Positions 47,315 through 56,872 of a stretch of 64,000 bases of DNA are shown here, in pieces. Under the pieces are notes generated by a model. The model searched no databases. It worked only from the letters and a program-made list of their open reading frames with translations, and was not told the origin of the DNA. A program made the translations under genes and the position numbers. Position 1 is the stretch's first letter. Each line of letters starts with the position of its first letter. The stretch is from Spirochaetota bacterium (GTDB lineage: Bacteria; Spirochaetota; UBA4802; UB4802), in assembly GCA_040756435.1 (NCBI GenBank), contig JBFLZD010000006.1, positions 26,145 to 90,144 on the forward strand. The letters run 5' to 3'.

Positions 47315-48319
47315 GTGAAAGTTAAATCAAAATATTTAAGTGGTGATGTTATCCATTGGTTAGCGGATGATACAGTATCATTGTTGTTTTTATTGAAAAG
47401 CATTCCTGCCTTAAAAGAGAACAATGTACAAAAAGATAGCACACAAAAACTACATTCAATCAGTTTGTATACACCAACGAAAAAAGCCTATGAGTATTTT
47501 GATGCACCAGGTATTGGCATTATGTGGTTTTTTTCATCACTGGTGGAAAGTGGATTTGATATACGTGATAACGTGGTGTATTCAATTCTTAAAGAAGTAC
47601 TGAAATTCCAGCAAGATGATGGAGGATTTACTTTAAACTGGAAACCTTTCTGTTCAACGGCCTGTATTACCGGACAGGTAGTATATTACCTGCTGGAAAG
47701 CGGATATCAGGGAAAAGAAGTAGAGAAAGGCATAACCTGGATTATTGCTCACCAGCGGAATGATGGTGGATGGTTGCATTGCCCTATCGGTTCAGTTGGT
47801 GATTCACTGAAATATTTGCTATTTAAACGCATCGGGGAAGGAATTCGATTAGAGGATACTGATACACCTAGTTGTGTAGTTGCAACTGTCATGTGTGCAA
47901 AAGCCTTAATGAAGTTAGATACCCACAACAGCAATGATAGTATTCAAAGAGCTATCGCCTATATGTTCCGTGATGATGCCATATTTAAAGAAGCTGGTTG
48001 CAGGTGCAGAGTTGCATATAATCATGAATTGCTGGGCTACCCATTTTATTTAGATTATGATAGCATTGATGCCATTCAGTTTTCACTTTTTTTAGGTGAT
48101 GCAGCTGAAGCGTTTAGGATACGATTATTTAATCAATGTATAATGAAACAATTTGATGATGGAAGTTTCCCTTTAGAGCACAGACGAAGAGGATGTATGC
48201 ATCAGTTTTTACGGTTACCTGGTAAGTTGAAGTCAAAGGATAAATTAACAACTATACGTGTTGTCTCAATGCTTGTTAATACGGGCAATGCCGTAATAGA
48301 ATACGATGTGAGTAAATAA
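47315..48319 (+). CDS. prenyltransferase/terpene-cyclase-like alpha-alpha toroid repeat protein
   Basis: Repeated QW-like motifs QQDDGGF, QRNDGGW, QFDDGSF at spacing typical of squalene-cyclase/prenyltransferase beta repeats. GTG start; no signal peptide. Confidence 0.6.
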   Translation: MKVKSKYLSGDVIHWLADDTVSLLFLLKSIPALKENNVQKDSTQKLHSISLYTPTKKAYEYFDAPGIGIMWFFSSLVESGFDIRDNVVYSILKEVLKFQQDDGGFTLNWKPFCSTACITGQVVYYLLESGYQGKEVEKGITWIIAHQRNDGGWLHCPIGSVGDSLKYLLFKRIGEGIRLEDTDTPSCVVATVMCAKALMKLDTHNSNDSIQRAIAYMFRDDAIFKEAGCRCRVAYNHELLGYPFYLDYDSIDAIQFSLFLGDAAEAFRIRLFNQCIMKQFDDGSFPLEHRRRGCMHQFLRLPGKLKSKDKLTTIRVVSMLVNTGNAVIEYDVSK

Positions 48320-48358
48320 TTGTAGATGCAAATAATAGAAACAATTGAAATATATTGA

Positions 48359-49138
48359 TTAATTATAGAAAGCGTATCCTGCTGAAACACAGAGAAGAAT
48401 AGAATCAATAGTGGCATCTTTCTTTGTATAAAAAATCTGGTTTGTTTGTGGATTTACAGCATCAGGTACTGATGAAAATAGTATATTGTTACGTATCCAT
48501 TCCCCACCAATCTGGACAACAAGCCCACCGCTGAAAAATATGCTGAGCATGACATCAACACCATAGGTAATAGTTGAAAACTGTTGTGTTGGTGGCGGCG
48601 TATACCCATCAATAAGTACGCGGGCTATTGGAGTTGGTTTATACGTAGCAAATGCATAGCCAAGCATGGGCGATAGACTAATGTCCCATGGCTTTCTATT
48701 TGTAACATGAAACGATGGGCCAAAATAAACAGAATAATCGCTATACAGTGTTTTTTTCCAGGATTGGTAATCAGCGCCAAAATTTGTATTCTGTACTATA
48801 ACACTGCGCCGTATTTTTGACCGTATACCAATATAATCAATAGGAAGATATTCTCCTGAAAGTGTTAATCCAAAAGCTAAATGTGATAGATAAATAAGTT
48901 TAGTTATTTCATTCTCAAAAGTATAGGTTGAGGTTTTGGTAAATTTTTCTTCTGCTGAAATAATATCACCGTACGGGACTCCGATAGAAACTGAGCCTGT
49001 AAGGATTATCTGATCTTTGTGTATGCCTTCGGGAGGCTTGTCCAGCTCATCAAATTCGGATGAATAGGCAAAAGAAAAAAAAGCAATGGTACTAATCAGT
49101 ATTAAAAGCTTGATATACGTTTTACTTTCCCATTTCAT
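48359..49138 (-). CDS. outer-membrane beta-barrel protein (hypothetical)
   Basis: Signal peptide ..FFSFAYS; amphipathic beta-strand pattern; aromatic C-terminus AGYAFYN. Start overlaps the stop of the upstream lipoprotein gene (ATGA). Confidence 0.65.
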   Translation of the reverse strand: MKWESKTYIKLLILISTIAFFSFAYSSEFDELDKPPEGIHKDQIILTGSVSIGVPYGDIISAEEKFTKTSTYTFENEITKLIYLSHLAFGLTLSGEYLPIDYIGIRSKIRRSVIVQNTNFGADYQSWKKTLYSDYSVYFGPSFHVTNRKPWDISLSPMLGYAFATYKPTPIARVLIDGYTPPPTQQFSTITYGVDVMLSIFFSGGLVVQIGGEWIRNNILFSSVPDAVNPQTNQIFYTKKDATIDSILLCVSAGYAFYN

Positions 49139-49755
49139 TTTTTATTTTCTTCTTGTAAAATTTCAAGGATTTGCTTAACCACCTGTTTTGCAATATCATC
49201 ATATTGGGAGCTCTCTATCAAAATATCATTGAGATTCCAGATTAACGTTAATCCACAGCAAAATTTTGCCCTGTAACGCCAGTCCCAAGCCCTTCCCGGT
49301 TCTTTGCGGACGGTTAGCAAAATTTCGCCATTTTCAGTATTAATGGCTTTTAATGTGAACGTATCAATACAGTTGGGTTCAAACTTGTTATTCCTGTATG
49401 CCTGTAAAGCAGAGCCACGGCCAATAATAATAACATCAGCACCTAACAATTTACCAATTTTTACAGCCTGTTTATCGTCAATTAAACCTGAGGCGGAAAG
49501 CTGCTGTTCCTGCAAAATTTTTTGTATGGCGTCGCGTTCGATGGTAGTAACTTTTCCGCTTTTAAAAAATTGATGTGAGATAGCATCTGAAAATTCATCT
49601 CCCCAGCCAGCACCTTTGATGTCAAAGGGGAATACTGCAACCCGCTTCATTCTTTTTTGTAGTGCCTGTTTATTGGTATATGCTACATCAATGCTTGAAC
49701 AGGCAAATAATGAAGATACAGTGATAATAACACCTAAAATTTGAAAGAATTTCAT
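49135..49755 (-). CDS. CsgG/LpoB-fold-like lipoprotein
   Basis: Lipobox SLFAC. Core VAVFPFDIKGAGWGDEFSDAISHQFFKSGKVTTIERDAIQKILQEQQLSASGL..IGKLLGADVIIIGRG. Paralogue of 18116..18739. Confidence 0.7.
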   Translation of the reverse strand: MKFFQILGVIITVSSLFACSSIDVAYTNKQALQKRMKRVAVFPFDIKGAGWGDEFSDAISHQFFKSGKVTTIERDAIQKILQEQQLSASGLIDDKQAVKIGKLLGADVIIIGRGSALQAYRNNKFEPNCIDTFTLKAINTENGEILLTVRKEPGRAWDWRYRAKFCCGLTLIWNLNDILIESSQYDDIAKQVVKQILEILQEENKK

Positions 49756-50075
49756 AATTCATCACCCTTGTTTAATAATATTTAATAATATAAAAATAAA
49801 ATCTTTTTTTCCAATAATGATGCTGCTTTGTTATCTCTTACCTTTTATAGTATAGTACCATTTTATGATGTATTTTGACAAATATTATTTTTAACAAAAC
49901 ATGATTTTTTAATTTACATCAAATGATTATCCAGAAATGTATTTTTATAACGTATATTGGTTGGTCAGGGAAATTATTGTTTTAGCTATGCGTAATTAAA
50001 TAGTATTTGAAATATAAAAGGCATGTTTTAGTGTGAGAAAAACGTAATTTTTTTGTTTGGAATGGGGTATTTTAC

Positions 50076-51242
50076 ATGAAAGAAAAAAAGATTAATATAT
50101 TAATTATAAATTATGAATTTCCTCCATTAGGAGGTGGGGGAGGTGTTGCTACCTATGACCTGGCATTGGAGTGGGTGAAAACAGCAAATGTACATGTCAT
50201 CACTTCATCATTTAAAGGGTTACCCTCCTATGAAAATATTAATGGGATTCATGTTCACAGAGTAAAGATTTTATTCAGAAAATCAAGGGATGCAGCAACA
50301 TTTATTTCAATGTTTAGCTACCTGCCTGCAGGGTTTATACGGGCACTATCGCTTGCCCTAAAATATAAGTTTGATGTTATCAATACACATTTTGTTGTGC
50401 CATCAGGCCCTTTGGGATATGTAATTTCAAAGTTATTTGGCATCCCAAATGTTTTATCATTGCATGGTGGTGATATTTATGATCCCAGTAAAAAAATATC
50501 ACCTCATCGAAATAGATTCTTTAAAAGTGTTGTTCGTTTCCTTCTTAACAGGGCAGATGCGATTGTGGCTCAATCATCAAATACTCGCAATAATGCAATA
50601 GAATACTATGCACCAAAAAATGAAATTCAGATTATTCCGTTAGCATTCCATCCGCCAGTAATACCAAAAACATCACGGAAAAAATTGGGGTTGCATGAAA
50701 GGGATTTTATCTGTATAACTATTGGAAGATTGATTAAGCGTAAATCAATTGATGTCCTTATCAGGGCGATAGCTCTTGTTAATAAGCCTGCCGTTAAACT
50801 TCTCATTATGGGAGATGGCCCTGAAAGGGAATACTTGCAGTCACTGGTTAAAGAATTGTCACTGCATGATAGAGTGCGATTTCTGGGATTTGTTGCCGAT
50901 GAGGAAAAATTTGCCTATCTATCACAATCTGATTTGTTTGTACTTACTTCTATGCATGAAGGATTTGGCATTGTGTTTATGGAAGCCATGTATTGCGGAT
51001 TGCCCATTGTTGCTACCAACCATGGCGGGCAGGTTGATTTTCTTATCCATGGGGAAAATGCAATGCTTATTAATGTTGGTGATGTGGAAAGGTGTGCTAA
51101 AAGTATTATGAAGTTTTATAATGATAAAAAGCTCTATAAATATTGTTCTGTTAATAATAAAAAAAAGATTACTACCTTTTATGCCGAAAATGTAGCAGAA
51201 CGGTATATGAATATTTTTTTAACATTAGTTAATAAAAAATGA
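50076..51242 (+). CDS. GT4-family glycosyltransferase
   Basis: GT-B fold with N-terminal FPPLGGGGGV and C-terminal EGFGIVFMEAM (E-x7-E) motif. Confidence 0.9.
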   Translation: MKEKKINILIINYEFPPLGGGGGVATYDLALEWVKTANVHVITSSFKGLPSYENINGIHVHRVKILFRKSRDAATFISMFSYLPAGFIRALSLALKYKFDVINTHFVVPSGPLGYVISKLFGIPNVLSLHGGDIYDPSKKISPHRNRFFKSVVRFLLNRADAIVAQSSNTRNNAIEYYAPKNEIQIIPLAFHPPVIPKTSRKKLGLHERDFICITIGRLIKRKSIDVLIRAIALVNKPAVKLLIMGDGPEREYLQSLVKELSLHDRVRFLGFVADEEKFAYLSQSDLFVLTSMHEGFGIVFMEAMYCGLPIVATNHGGQVDFLIHGENAMLINVGDVERCAKSIMKFYNDKKLYKYCSVNNKKKITTFYAENVAERYMNIFLTLVNKK

Positions 51243-51886
51243 AAATTAAAACAGCACTCATTACACAAAACAAGGAATTGGCACTGGAAGTAAGAATGCT
51301 TCAGATTTTAGATGTTAGTGTTCATGGTACTATTAATACTCTTAAAGATGAAGGATTTGATATAGTATTATTTGATACTGAGCAAATAGACATAAGCGAT
51401 GCACAATTTTATCTTTCAAAGCTGCGCAAGCGTTTTCAGCGATTGCCAGTCATTCTTATTGTACGGATGGGATATTTAGAATCAATAAACAGAGACTGGT
51501 TTTTTGATGATTTTATTGTGTTCCCTTTCAGAAAAGGTGAATTGAAAGCACGTATTGATCGGTTAATAGGTGCTGAAATTGAATTAAAGGATTCGGTTAT
51601 CAAAGTTGGCAATATTACCATAGAACCTGAAAAGTATTCGGTAACAGTAAATAATGACAAAGTATTGCTGACATACAAAGAATTTGAATTACTTAAATTA
51701 TTAATGGAAAATAAAGGTATAGTTTTTACCCGTCAGGAGTTACTTTCCCAGATTTGGGGTGTTGAGTATATAGGGGGAACTCGTACAGTTGATGTCCATA
51801 TCAGGAGGCTTAGAATTAAATTAGGGGATGAGTTTAATAATATAATAGAAACCATACGAAATGTTGGATATAAGTGCAAAGAATAA
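51239..51886 (+). CDS. OmpR/PhoB-type winged-helix regulator with a degenerate receiver domain
   Basis: C-terminal trans_reg_C (LTYKEFELLKLLMENKGIVFTRQELLSQIWG...VDVHIRRLRIKL..IETIRNVGYK). The N-terminal receiver-like domain lacks the DD acidic pair and the KPF lysine (FPF instead). Start overlaps the GT4 stop. Confidence 0.85.
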   Translation: MKIKTALITQNKELALEVRMLQILDVSVHGTINTLKDEGFDIVLFDTEQIDISDAQFYLSKLRKRFQRLPVILIVRMGYLESINRDWFFDDFIVFPFRKGELKARIDRLIGAEIELKDSVIKVGNITIEPEKYSVTVNNDKVLLTYKEFELLKLLMENKGIVFTRQELLSQIWGVEYIGGTRTVDVHIRRLRIKLGDEFNNIIETIRNVGYKCKE

Positions 51887-51977
51887 TTATAGAAATATGC
51901 TTGCCAATATATAAATTGCTTAATTAATGTAAAAAAATCTATTATTTACAACGTAGAGAGGATTGAGTGGAGTTGTC

Positions 51978-52472
51978 ATGAATCAGTTAAAAAAGATTGA
52001 AAAAATACTGGAATCAGCCTTGCATGAAGACCTTACACCATATTTTGCTCTTGTAAAAACAATGAGGAAACATTTGCCAATGTTTGGATCAACAAAACGG
52101 ATAACTGCTGCATTACTGAAAGAATGTATTGGGGATATCTCAAAGCTTGATATAGCAGAAGTTGCCGCATTAAATTTTACAAAAACTTCTGATGGTACTA
52201 TTGTCTTTGAAGATATAAAGGATGGCAAAGCACGAATTTTTATTAACATTGGTAAAAACCATAAGATAACACCAGGCGACCTCATCAGGGAAATATCAAA
52301 GCGTTCAGGTATTGATGGGAAGCTCGTTGGTAAGATTGATATACATTCTACCTATTCGTTTATTGAAATACCGGAACAATATGCAGAACTGGTGTTAATT
52401 TCACTTGATAAAGCACGGATAAAAGGTGTGCCCATTGTTGTGGAGCCAGCTAAAAAGAAAAAGAAACAATGA
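51978..52472 (+). CDS. stand-alone DbpA-type RNA-binding-domain protein
   Basis: C-terminal 75 aa match the DbpA/YxiN RBD pattern (ARIFINIGKNHKITPGDLIREISKRSGIDGKLVGKIDIHSTYSFIEIPEQYAELVL..IKGVPIVVEPA) with a lysine tail. No helicase core. ATG 51978. Confidence 0.75.
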   Translation: MNQLKKIEKILESALHEDLTPYFALVKTMRKHLPMFGSTKRITAALLKECIGDISKLDIAEVAALNFTKTSDGTIVFEDIKDGKARIFINIGKNHKITPGDLIREISKRSGIDGKLVGKIDIHSTYSFIEIPEQYAELVLISLDKARIKGVPIVVEPAKKKKKQ

Positions 52473-52476
52473 GATA

Positions 52477-53283
52477 ATGACACCTGCATGCCCTATCTGC
52501 ACCTCATCAAAGTATAGAACAATTTCAGAAGATCTGTTACTGTGTACAAGGTGTTGCATTATTTATAATACCAATCATGCACCAGCAGTATACTCTACAG
52601 ATTACTTTGGCCAGGAATATAAACAGCAGTATGGCAAAACGTATGAAGATGATTTTGAATCAATATATGCAGTATCCCTTTCCAGGCTTTCAATAATAAA
52701 AAAATATTTAGGGGATAACCTTTCTGCAAAAAGTCTTCTTGATATTGGGTGTGCTTTAGGGTTTTTTTGCAAGGCTGCCAGAGATGTAGGGTTTGGTGAA
52801 GTTGAAGGATTGGAAATATCAGAATATGCTGCAAGGTATAGTAGACACAAATATAACATACCGGTTCATAGTACAGGATTTGAAGATTTTATTCCTGTAA
52901 AAAAGTATGATGCAATAACTGCATGGTTTGTACTGGAACATTTTAATGACCCGTATGCTATGTTTGTCAAAATATATGAAATGCTTGAAGATAATGGCAT
53001 TTTTGCCTGTACGCTGCCATCGTATTTTGGGCCATTATTTTATTGCCATAGGAGTCAGTGGGTACGGTCTCATCCCCAGGATCATCGAATTGATGTGGCC
53101 CCAAAGAGTATTAAAAAACTTCTTCAGCAAATTGGATTTTCTTATGTACGATGTTTTCCTTCAGGTTACCATCCAGAGCGTTTTGGAACTATCGCCCAAA
53201 AATATAAAAAATTGTATAATTTCATTGCACGCTTGCTGTGCTTTTCTGATACTATACTGGTGATAGCATTAAAAAAGGCTTAA
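52477..53283 (+). CDS. class I SAM-dependent methyltransferase with an N-terminal Zn-ribbon
   Basis: CPICTSSKY..CTRCC zinc ribbon, then motif I LLDIGCALGFF. ATG 52477, 4 nt after the upstream stop; the track extension from 52426 is rejected. Confidence 0.85.
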   Translation: MTPACPICTSSKYRTISEDLLLCTRCCIIYNTNHAPAVYSTDYFGQEYKQQYGKTYEDDFESIYAVSLSRLSIIKKYLGDNLSAKSLLDIGCALGFFCKAARDVGFGEVEGLEISEYAARYSRHKYNIPVHSTGFEDFIPVKKYDAITAWFVLEHFNDPYAMFVKIYEMLEDNGIFACTLPSYFGPLFYCHRSQWVRSHPQDHRIDVAPKSIKKLLQQIGFSYVRCFPSGYHPERFGTIAQKYKKLYNFIARLLCFSDTILVIALKKA

Positions 53284-53290
53284 TAAATTC

Positions 53291-53318
53291 TTGACACAAA
53301 TCACAATACGTTTAGAAT
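53291..53318 (+). promoter_or_regulatory. sigma70-like promoter for the rpmH cluster
   Basis: TTGACA (53291-53296), 16-nt spacer, TAGAAT (53313-53318). Confidence 0.5.
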
Positions 53319-53455
53319 AGCATTTTTGTTGTGTATTGCATAAAAGTTGTGCTATTGTAAAAAATACATGTAACGTAGCTAAAAAATTCTATATCATTAC
53401 TGTAATCATATACGTTTTTTCAACTTTGAACTACTATTCTTAATAATGAGGTGGG

Positions 53456-53617
53456 ATGATGAAAAGGACATTTCAACCAAGTGTAATCAAACGATTACGG
53501 GCACACGGATTCAGAGCACGAATGAGTACCAGGGCAGGTCAGGAAGTATTGCGCAGGAGAAGACAAAAGGGTAGATACAAATTAACTGTTTCGGATGAAA
53601 AGCGAAATTCAAAGTAA
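53456..53617 (+). CDS. rpmH: 50S ribosomal protein L34
   Basis: Not in the ORF track (<60 aa). Reads [53 protein letters not shown]; canonical KRTFQPS..HGFR..M.T..G..VL..RR.KGR; GAGGTGGG SD. Confidence 0.95.
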   Translation: MMKRTFQPSVIKRLRAHGFRARMSTRAGQEVLRRRRQKGRYKLTVSDEKRNSK

Positions 53618-53639
53618 TTCTTGGTAATATCATAATTCC

Positions 53640-54005
53640 GTGAAAAGGAGATATTCATTAAAGGGGCTGAAGAGATTTAAAGAAGTCATTGCTAACGGTA
53701 AAAGAGTTTATGGCAAAGGGATGAGAATGATAGTATATATGCAACCATTACAGACAGAAGGGTATTTGAGCAATACATTACAATCCCGTTTTGCCGTAGT
53801 GGTTCATAAAAACTATGGAAATGCTGTTGAACGGAATAAAATTAAACGACAAATTCGTTCTATTTTGGTGACTCTGATGCCCCAGATACGACAGGGTTTT
53901 GCTGTTATTATATTTCCAGACACCACCTGTAAGGCTATGGAATATGATCATCTTGTTACATCAGTGAAACAAGTATTGCTTAAATCAGGAGTACTAAAAC
54001 AGTGA
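53640..54005 (+). CDS. rnpA: ribonuclease P protein component
   Basis: Position directly after rpmH; basic 121-aa protein with RNR-like motif [12 protein letters not shown]; GTG start. Confidence 0.9.
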   Translation: MKRRYSLKGLKRFKEVIANGKRVYGKGMRMIVYMQPLQTEGYLSNTLQSRFAVVVHKNYGNAVERNKIKRQIRSILVTLMPQIRQGFAVIIFPDTTCKAMEYDHLVTSVKQVLLKSGVLKQ

Positions 54006-54223
54006 AGATAAATATGGTTACTATACCGGTAGTGTTAATAAAATTATATAAACTTGTGATTTCACCGGTATTGCCCAATGCATGCAGATTTTATCCAACG
54101 TGTTCTCAATATGCCATTGAGGCATTGACCAGGCATGGGCTTTTCAAAGGTGGTTTTTTATCGGTTAAAAGAATCCTTCGCTGTCATCCATTTTGTGATG
54201 GTGGGTATGACCCTGTCCCCTGA
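54002..54223 (+). CDS. yidD: membrane protein insertion efficiency factor YidD
   Basis: [14 protein letters not shown]...[15 protein letters not shown] signature. Start is GTG 54002 or ATG 54014. Confidence 0.93.
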   Translation: MKINMVTIPVVLIKLYKLVISPVLPNACRFYPTCSQYAIEALTRHGLFKGGFLSVKRILRCHPFCDGGYDPVP

Positions 54224-54338
54224 TAATCATTTTTAAGTACGGAAAAATATTCCCTTCCTGTTATCTCCTTTCCACGGTGTGATAGTACACTTATGTGGTA
54301 TTGTTGTATCTGAGTAAAAATTTTATCAAGAGGTTGTC

Positions 54339-55961
54339 ATGGAAAAAAGGGCTTTGATTGCAGTGTTATTATCATTAGGGATATGGATACTGTGGTTTTA
54401 TTTATTTCCACCACAGGAAAAAACACCTCCAGTCACCAAAAAAAGTGCTGAAACTCCAACAGTGCAAACTGAAGAAATACAAAAACCTGAAATTTCTGTA
54501 GTTTCAAAACTTCAGCAAGCGTCATCAAAAAAGGAAGAAGTTACCATTGATGCCAAATACTATACAGCAATACTTTCCAATGAAGATGGGCAATGTACGT
54601 CGTTTATTGATAAGGTAAGAAATATAGAATTAATTGTAACTAAATCAAAATTTGATGCAAAAGGGTTCTTTGATTTCCCTGTTCATTTTTCTACGGGTGA
54701 GTTTTTGCATGCAAAGGATATACCATCAGCGTTATGGAAAATGCAAAAAGATGCATCAGCAGTGCGCTTTTCCACAGTTGCTATCGTACAAAAAAATCCA
54801 CTGGAAATTTCAAAGAAATTTACGTATAACGAAACAGGGCAATATTTTGTTGTATCGTATGCTATCACAAATAAAGGGCAAGGAGAATTTACATTTCCTG
54901 AAGGAGGTGTAATATTTTCACCGTCTGATTTTTTAGGGCCATCAATGGATTTTGATAATTCATATAATGAGTTACACAGTATTTATTATATAAATGATAG
55001 TTTTGAAAAAGCGCGTAAGGGTGGCGGATTCTTTTCTACACCCCAAGACCTCAAACGTGAAAACGGTGTGGTACAATGGGCGGGCATAATGAGCAGGTAT
55101 TATCTGTTAATTATGATACCACAGGGTTTTGCAGGTTCGGGTGTAGTGTTTGATAACAGGGTACACTCTGGTTTCAGGACAGGTATTGTGGTACCGGTAA
55201 AACCGCTGAAAGCCGGTGAAACGATAACACATGAATTTAAGGTGTATGTTGGTCCAAAAAATAAAGATAAGCTACTTGCTGTTGATAAGCACATTGGCGA
55301 TGCAGCAGATGTCAGCAAGTGGATTGAACCTATCAGGGATTTTATGATGTGGTGCCTGCTTGAAATAAACAAGCTGATAGGAAATTTAGGATGGTCACTG
55401 GTAATATTTTCAGTTATTACAAAAATAATGTTTTTACCATTGACACAACGTTCCACGGAATCCATGAAGAAAATGCAGGAGTTGAATCCTGTGATTCAGG
55501 AATTGCGTGAAAAGTATAAGGATAAGCCTGATGTTTTGAATAAAAAGATAATGGAAGTTTACAAAAAGCATAAGGTAAATCCAATGGGGGGTTGTTTGCC
55601 ATTGCTTTTGCAGATGCCTTTCTTTTTTGCACTGTACAGTGCTCTGATAAATTCAGTAGATTTATGGCAGGCACCGTTTGTTCTATGGATAAAGGATCTA
55701 TCATTGCCTGATACAATTTACAGGATAGCTGGATTTAATATTAATATTTTGCCTCTGGTTATGACAGGTACAACATATCTGCAGCAGAAGATGTCTTCAG
55801 GTGAAGCTACCCAGCAACAGAAGATGTTGATGCTCATGCCGTTAATATTTATTGTTATTTTCTGGAATATGCCATCAGGGCTGGTATTGTACTGGATTAT
55901 GCAAAATGTATTGCAGATAGGCCATCAGATGCTTATTAATAGATTTGGAAAAAAAAGATAA
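54339..55961 (+). CDS. yidC: membrane protein insertase YidC
   Basis: N-terminal TM, large periplasmic P1 domain, conserved 60-kDa IMP core (KMQELNPVIQELREKYKDKP, GGCLPLLLQMPFFFALY, PSGLVLYWIMQN). Confidence 0.95.
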   Translation: MEKRALIAVLLSLGIWILWFYLFPPQEKTPPVTKKSAETPTVQTEEIQKPEISVVSKLQQASSKKEEVTIDAKYYTAILSNEDGQCTSFIDKVRNIELIVTKSKFDAKGFFDFPVHFSTGEFLHAKDIPSALWKMQKDASAVRFSTVAIVQKNPLEISKKFTYNETGQYFVVSYAITNKGQGEFTFPEGGVIFSPSDFLGPSMDFDNSYNELHSIYYINDSFEKARKGGGFFSTPQDLKRENGVVQWAGIMSRYYLLIMIPQGFAGSGVVFDNRVHSGFRTGIVVPVKPLKAGETITHEFKVYVGPKNKDKLLAVDKHIGDAADVSKWIEPIRDFMMWCLLEINKLIGNLGWSLVIFSVITKIMFLPLTQRSTESMKKMQELNPVIQELREKYKDKPDVLNKKIMEVYKKHKVNPMGGCLPLLLQMPFFFALYSALINSVDLWQAPFVLWIKDLSLPDTIYRIAGFNINILPLVMTGTTYLQQKMSSGEATQQQKMLMLMPLIFIVIFWNMPSGLVLYWIMQNVLQIGHQMLINRFGKKR

Positions 55962-56230
55962 TACAAAATTTTTAAGTGAAATGTGTGGATTTTATAAGTA
56001 CATTATCTTTAAGAAAAATTATACATGGTCCCAATAACGACCATGTGAATGGGTTAATATAATGATACGGATAGGGAGATGAAGTTTTTATTATCACATT
56101 TTGGTAAACATTTTATACAGTAATTGAGACGAATGTAGTAAGAAAAAATATCGATACGTAAAGGAGGGGAGAAACATCACCATACAAACAACTGAACTAT
56201 TATTATCAAAGTTTCGTAGGAGGCGTGAAC

Positions 56231-56872
56231 ATGAAGGTGTTAGATATTGAAGGGAAAACTGTTGAAGAAGCAACGAAGAAAGCCTTATCATTATTAAAAA
56301 TTAATGATATGAACAAAATCAATATTGAAGTGCTGGATGAAGGAAAAAGCGGTATCTTTGGTTTTGGCATATCACGCCCTGCTAAAATTCGAGTATATTA
56401 CCAACAACAGGAAGATGATATTGGCCAACAGGCAAAGGAAATTATTGAAAAGATTTTGATGTTGATGGAAGTTGAAGCGAAGGTTAAAGATTATAAGGAA
56501 AGTGAAAATAAGGTATATGTTGAACTGGAAAGCTCAAGTTCGGGATTAATTATAGGTAAAAAAGGAAAAACGCTGGAGGCGTTGCAGTTTATGGTTAACC
56601 TTCTGGTTAATAAAATGACTAATTCTGAAAAAAAGATCATACTTGATATTGAATCATACAGGGCAAAAAGAGAAAAAGCTTTGCGTAAATTATCTAAAGA
56701 AATTGCATTGAAAGTTGCCCGAACCGGCAAGCCATGGACATTAGAGCCCATGAATCCATTTGAACGCAGGCTTATACATTTGACATTGCAGAATGATTCA
56801 AAGGTTACTACCAGGAGTGAGGGACAGGGCATTTACCGAAAGGTAAAAATTATGCCAGTAGAAAAACGGTAA
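56231..56872 (+). CDS. jag: Jag/KhpB RNA-binding protein (Jag_N-KH-R3H)
   Basis: Jag_N (GKTVEEATKKALSLLKI), KH (GLIIGKKGKTLEALQ), R3H (ERRLIHLTLQND). ATG 56231 after AGGAGG. Confidence 0.92.
   Translation: MKVLDIEGKTVEEATKKALSLLKINDMNKINIEVLDEGKSGIFGFGISRPAKIRVYYQQQEDDIGQQAKEIIEKILMLMEVEAKVKDYKESENKVYVELESSSSGLIIGKKGKTLEALQFMVNLLVNKMTNSEKKIILDIESYRAKREKALRKLSKEIALKVARTGKPWTLEPMNPFERRLIHLTLQNDSKVTTRSEGQGIYRKVKIMPVEKR

Noticed and set aside
53284-53455. Replication origin/DnaA-box cluster next to rpmH-rnpA-yidC
   Set aside because: dnaA is not adjacent; a methyltransferase gene is upstream. By eye I found only isolated imperfect TTATCCACA-like 9-mers (for example TGTGGATTT at about 55983, TGTGGATAC at about 33905), not a cluster.
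56023-56046. Hairpin ACATGGTC-N8-GACCATGT after yidC as a terminator
   Set aside because: The stem is short, with no U-tract on either strand. It may still be a processing or protein-binding site, but the evidence is insufficient.
56160-56224. Strong AAAGGAGGGG SD-like sequence upstream of jag, suggesting a hidden small ORF
   Set aside because: There is no ATG/GTG/TTG within 5-12 nt downstream. The only open frame would need an ATC start and runs into jag out of frame.
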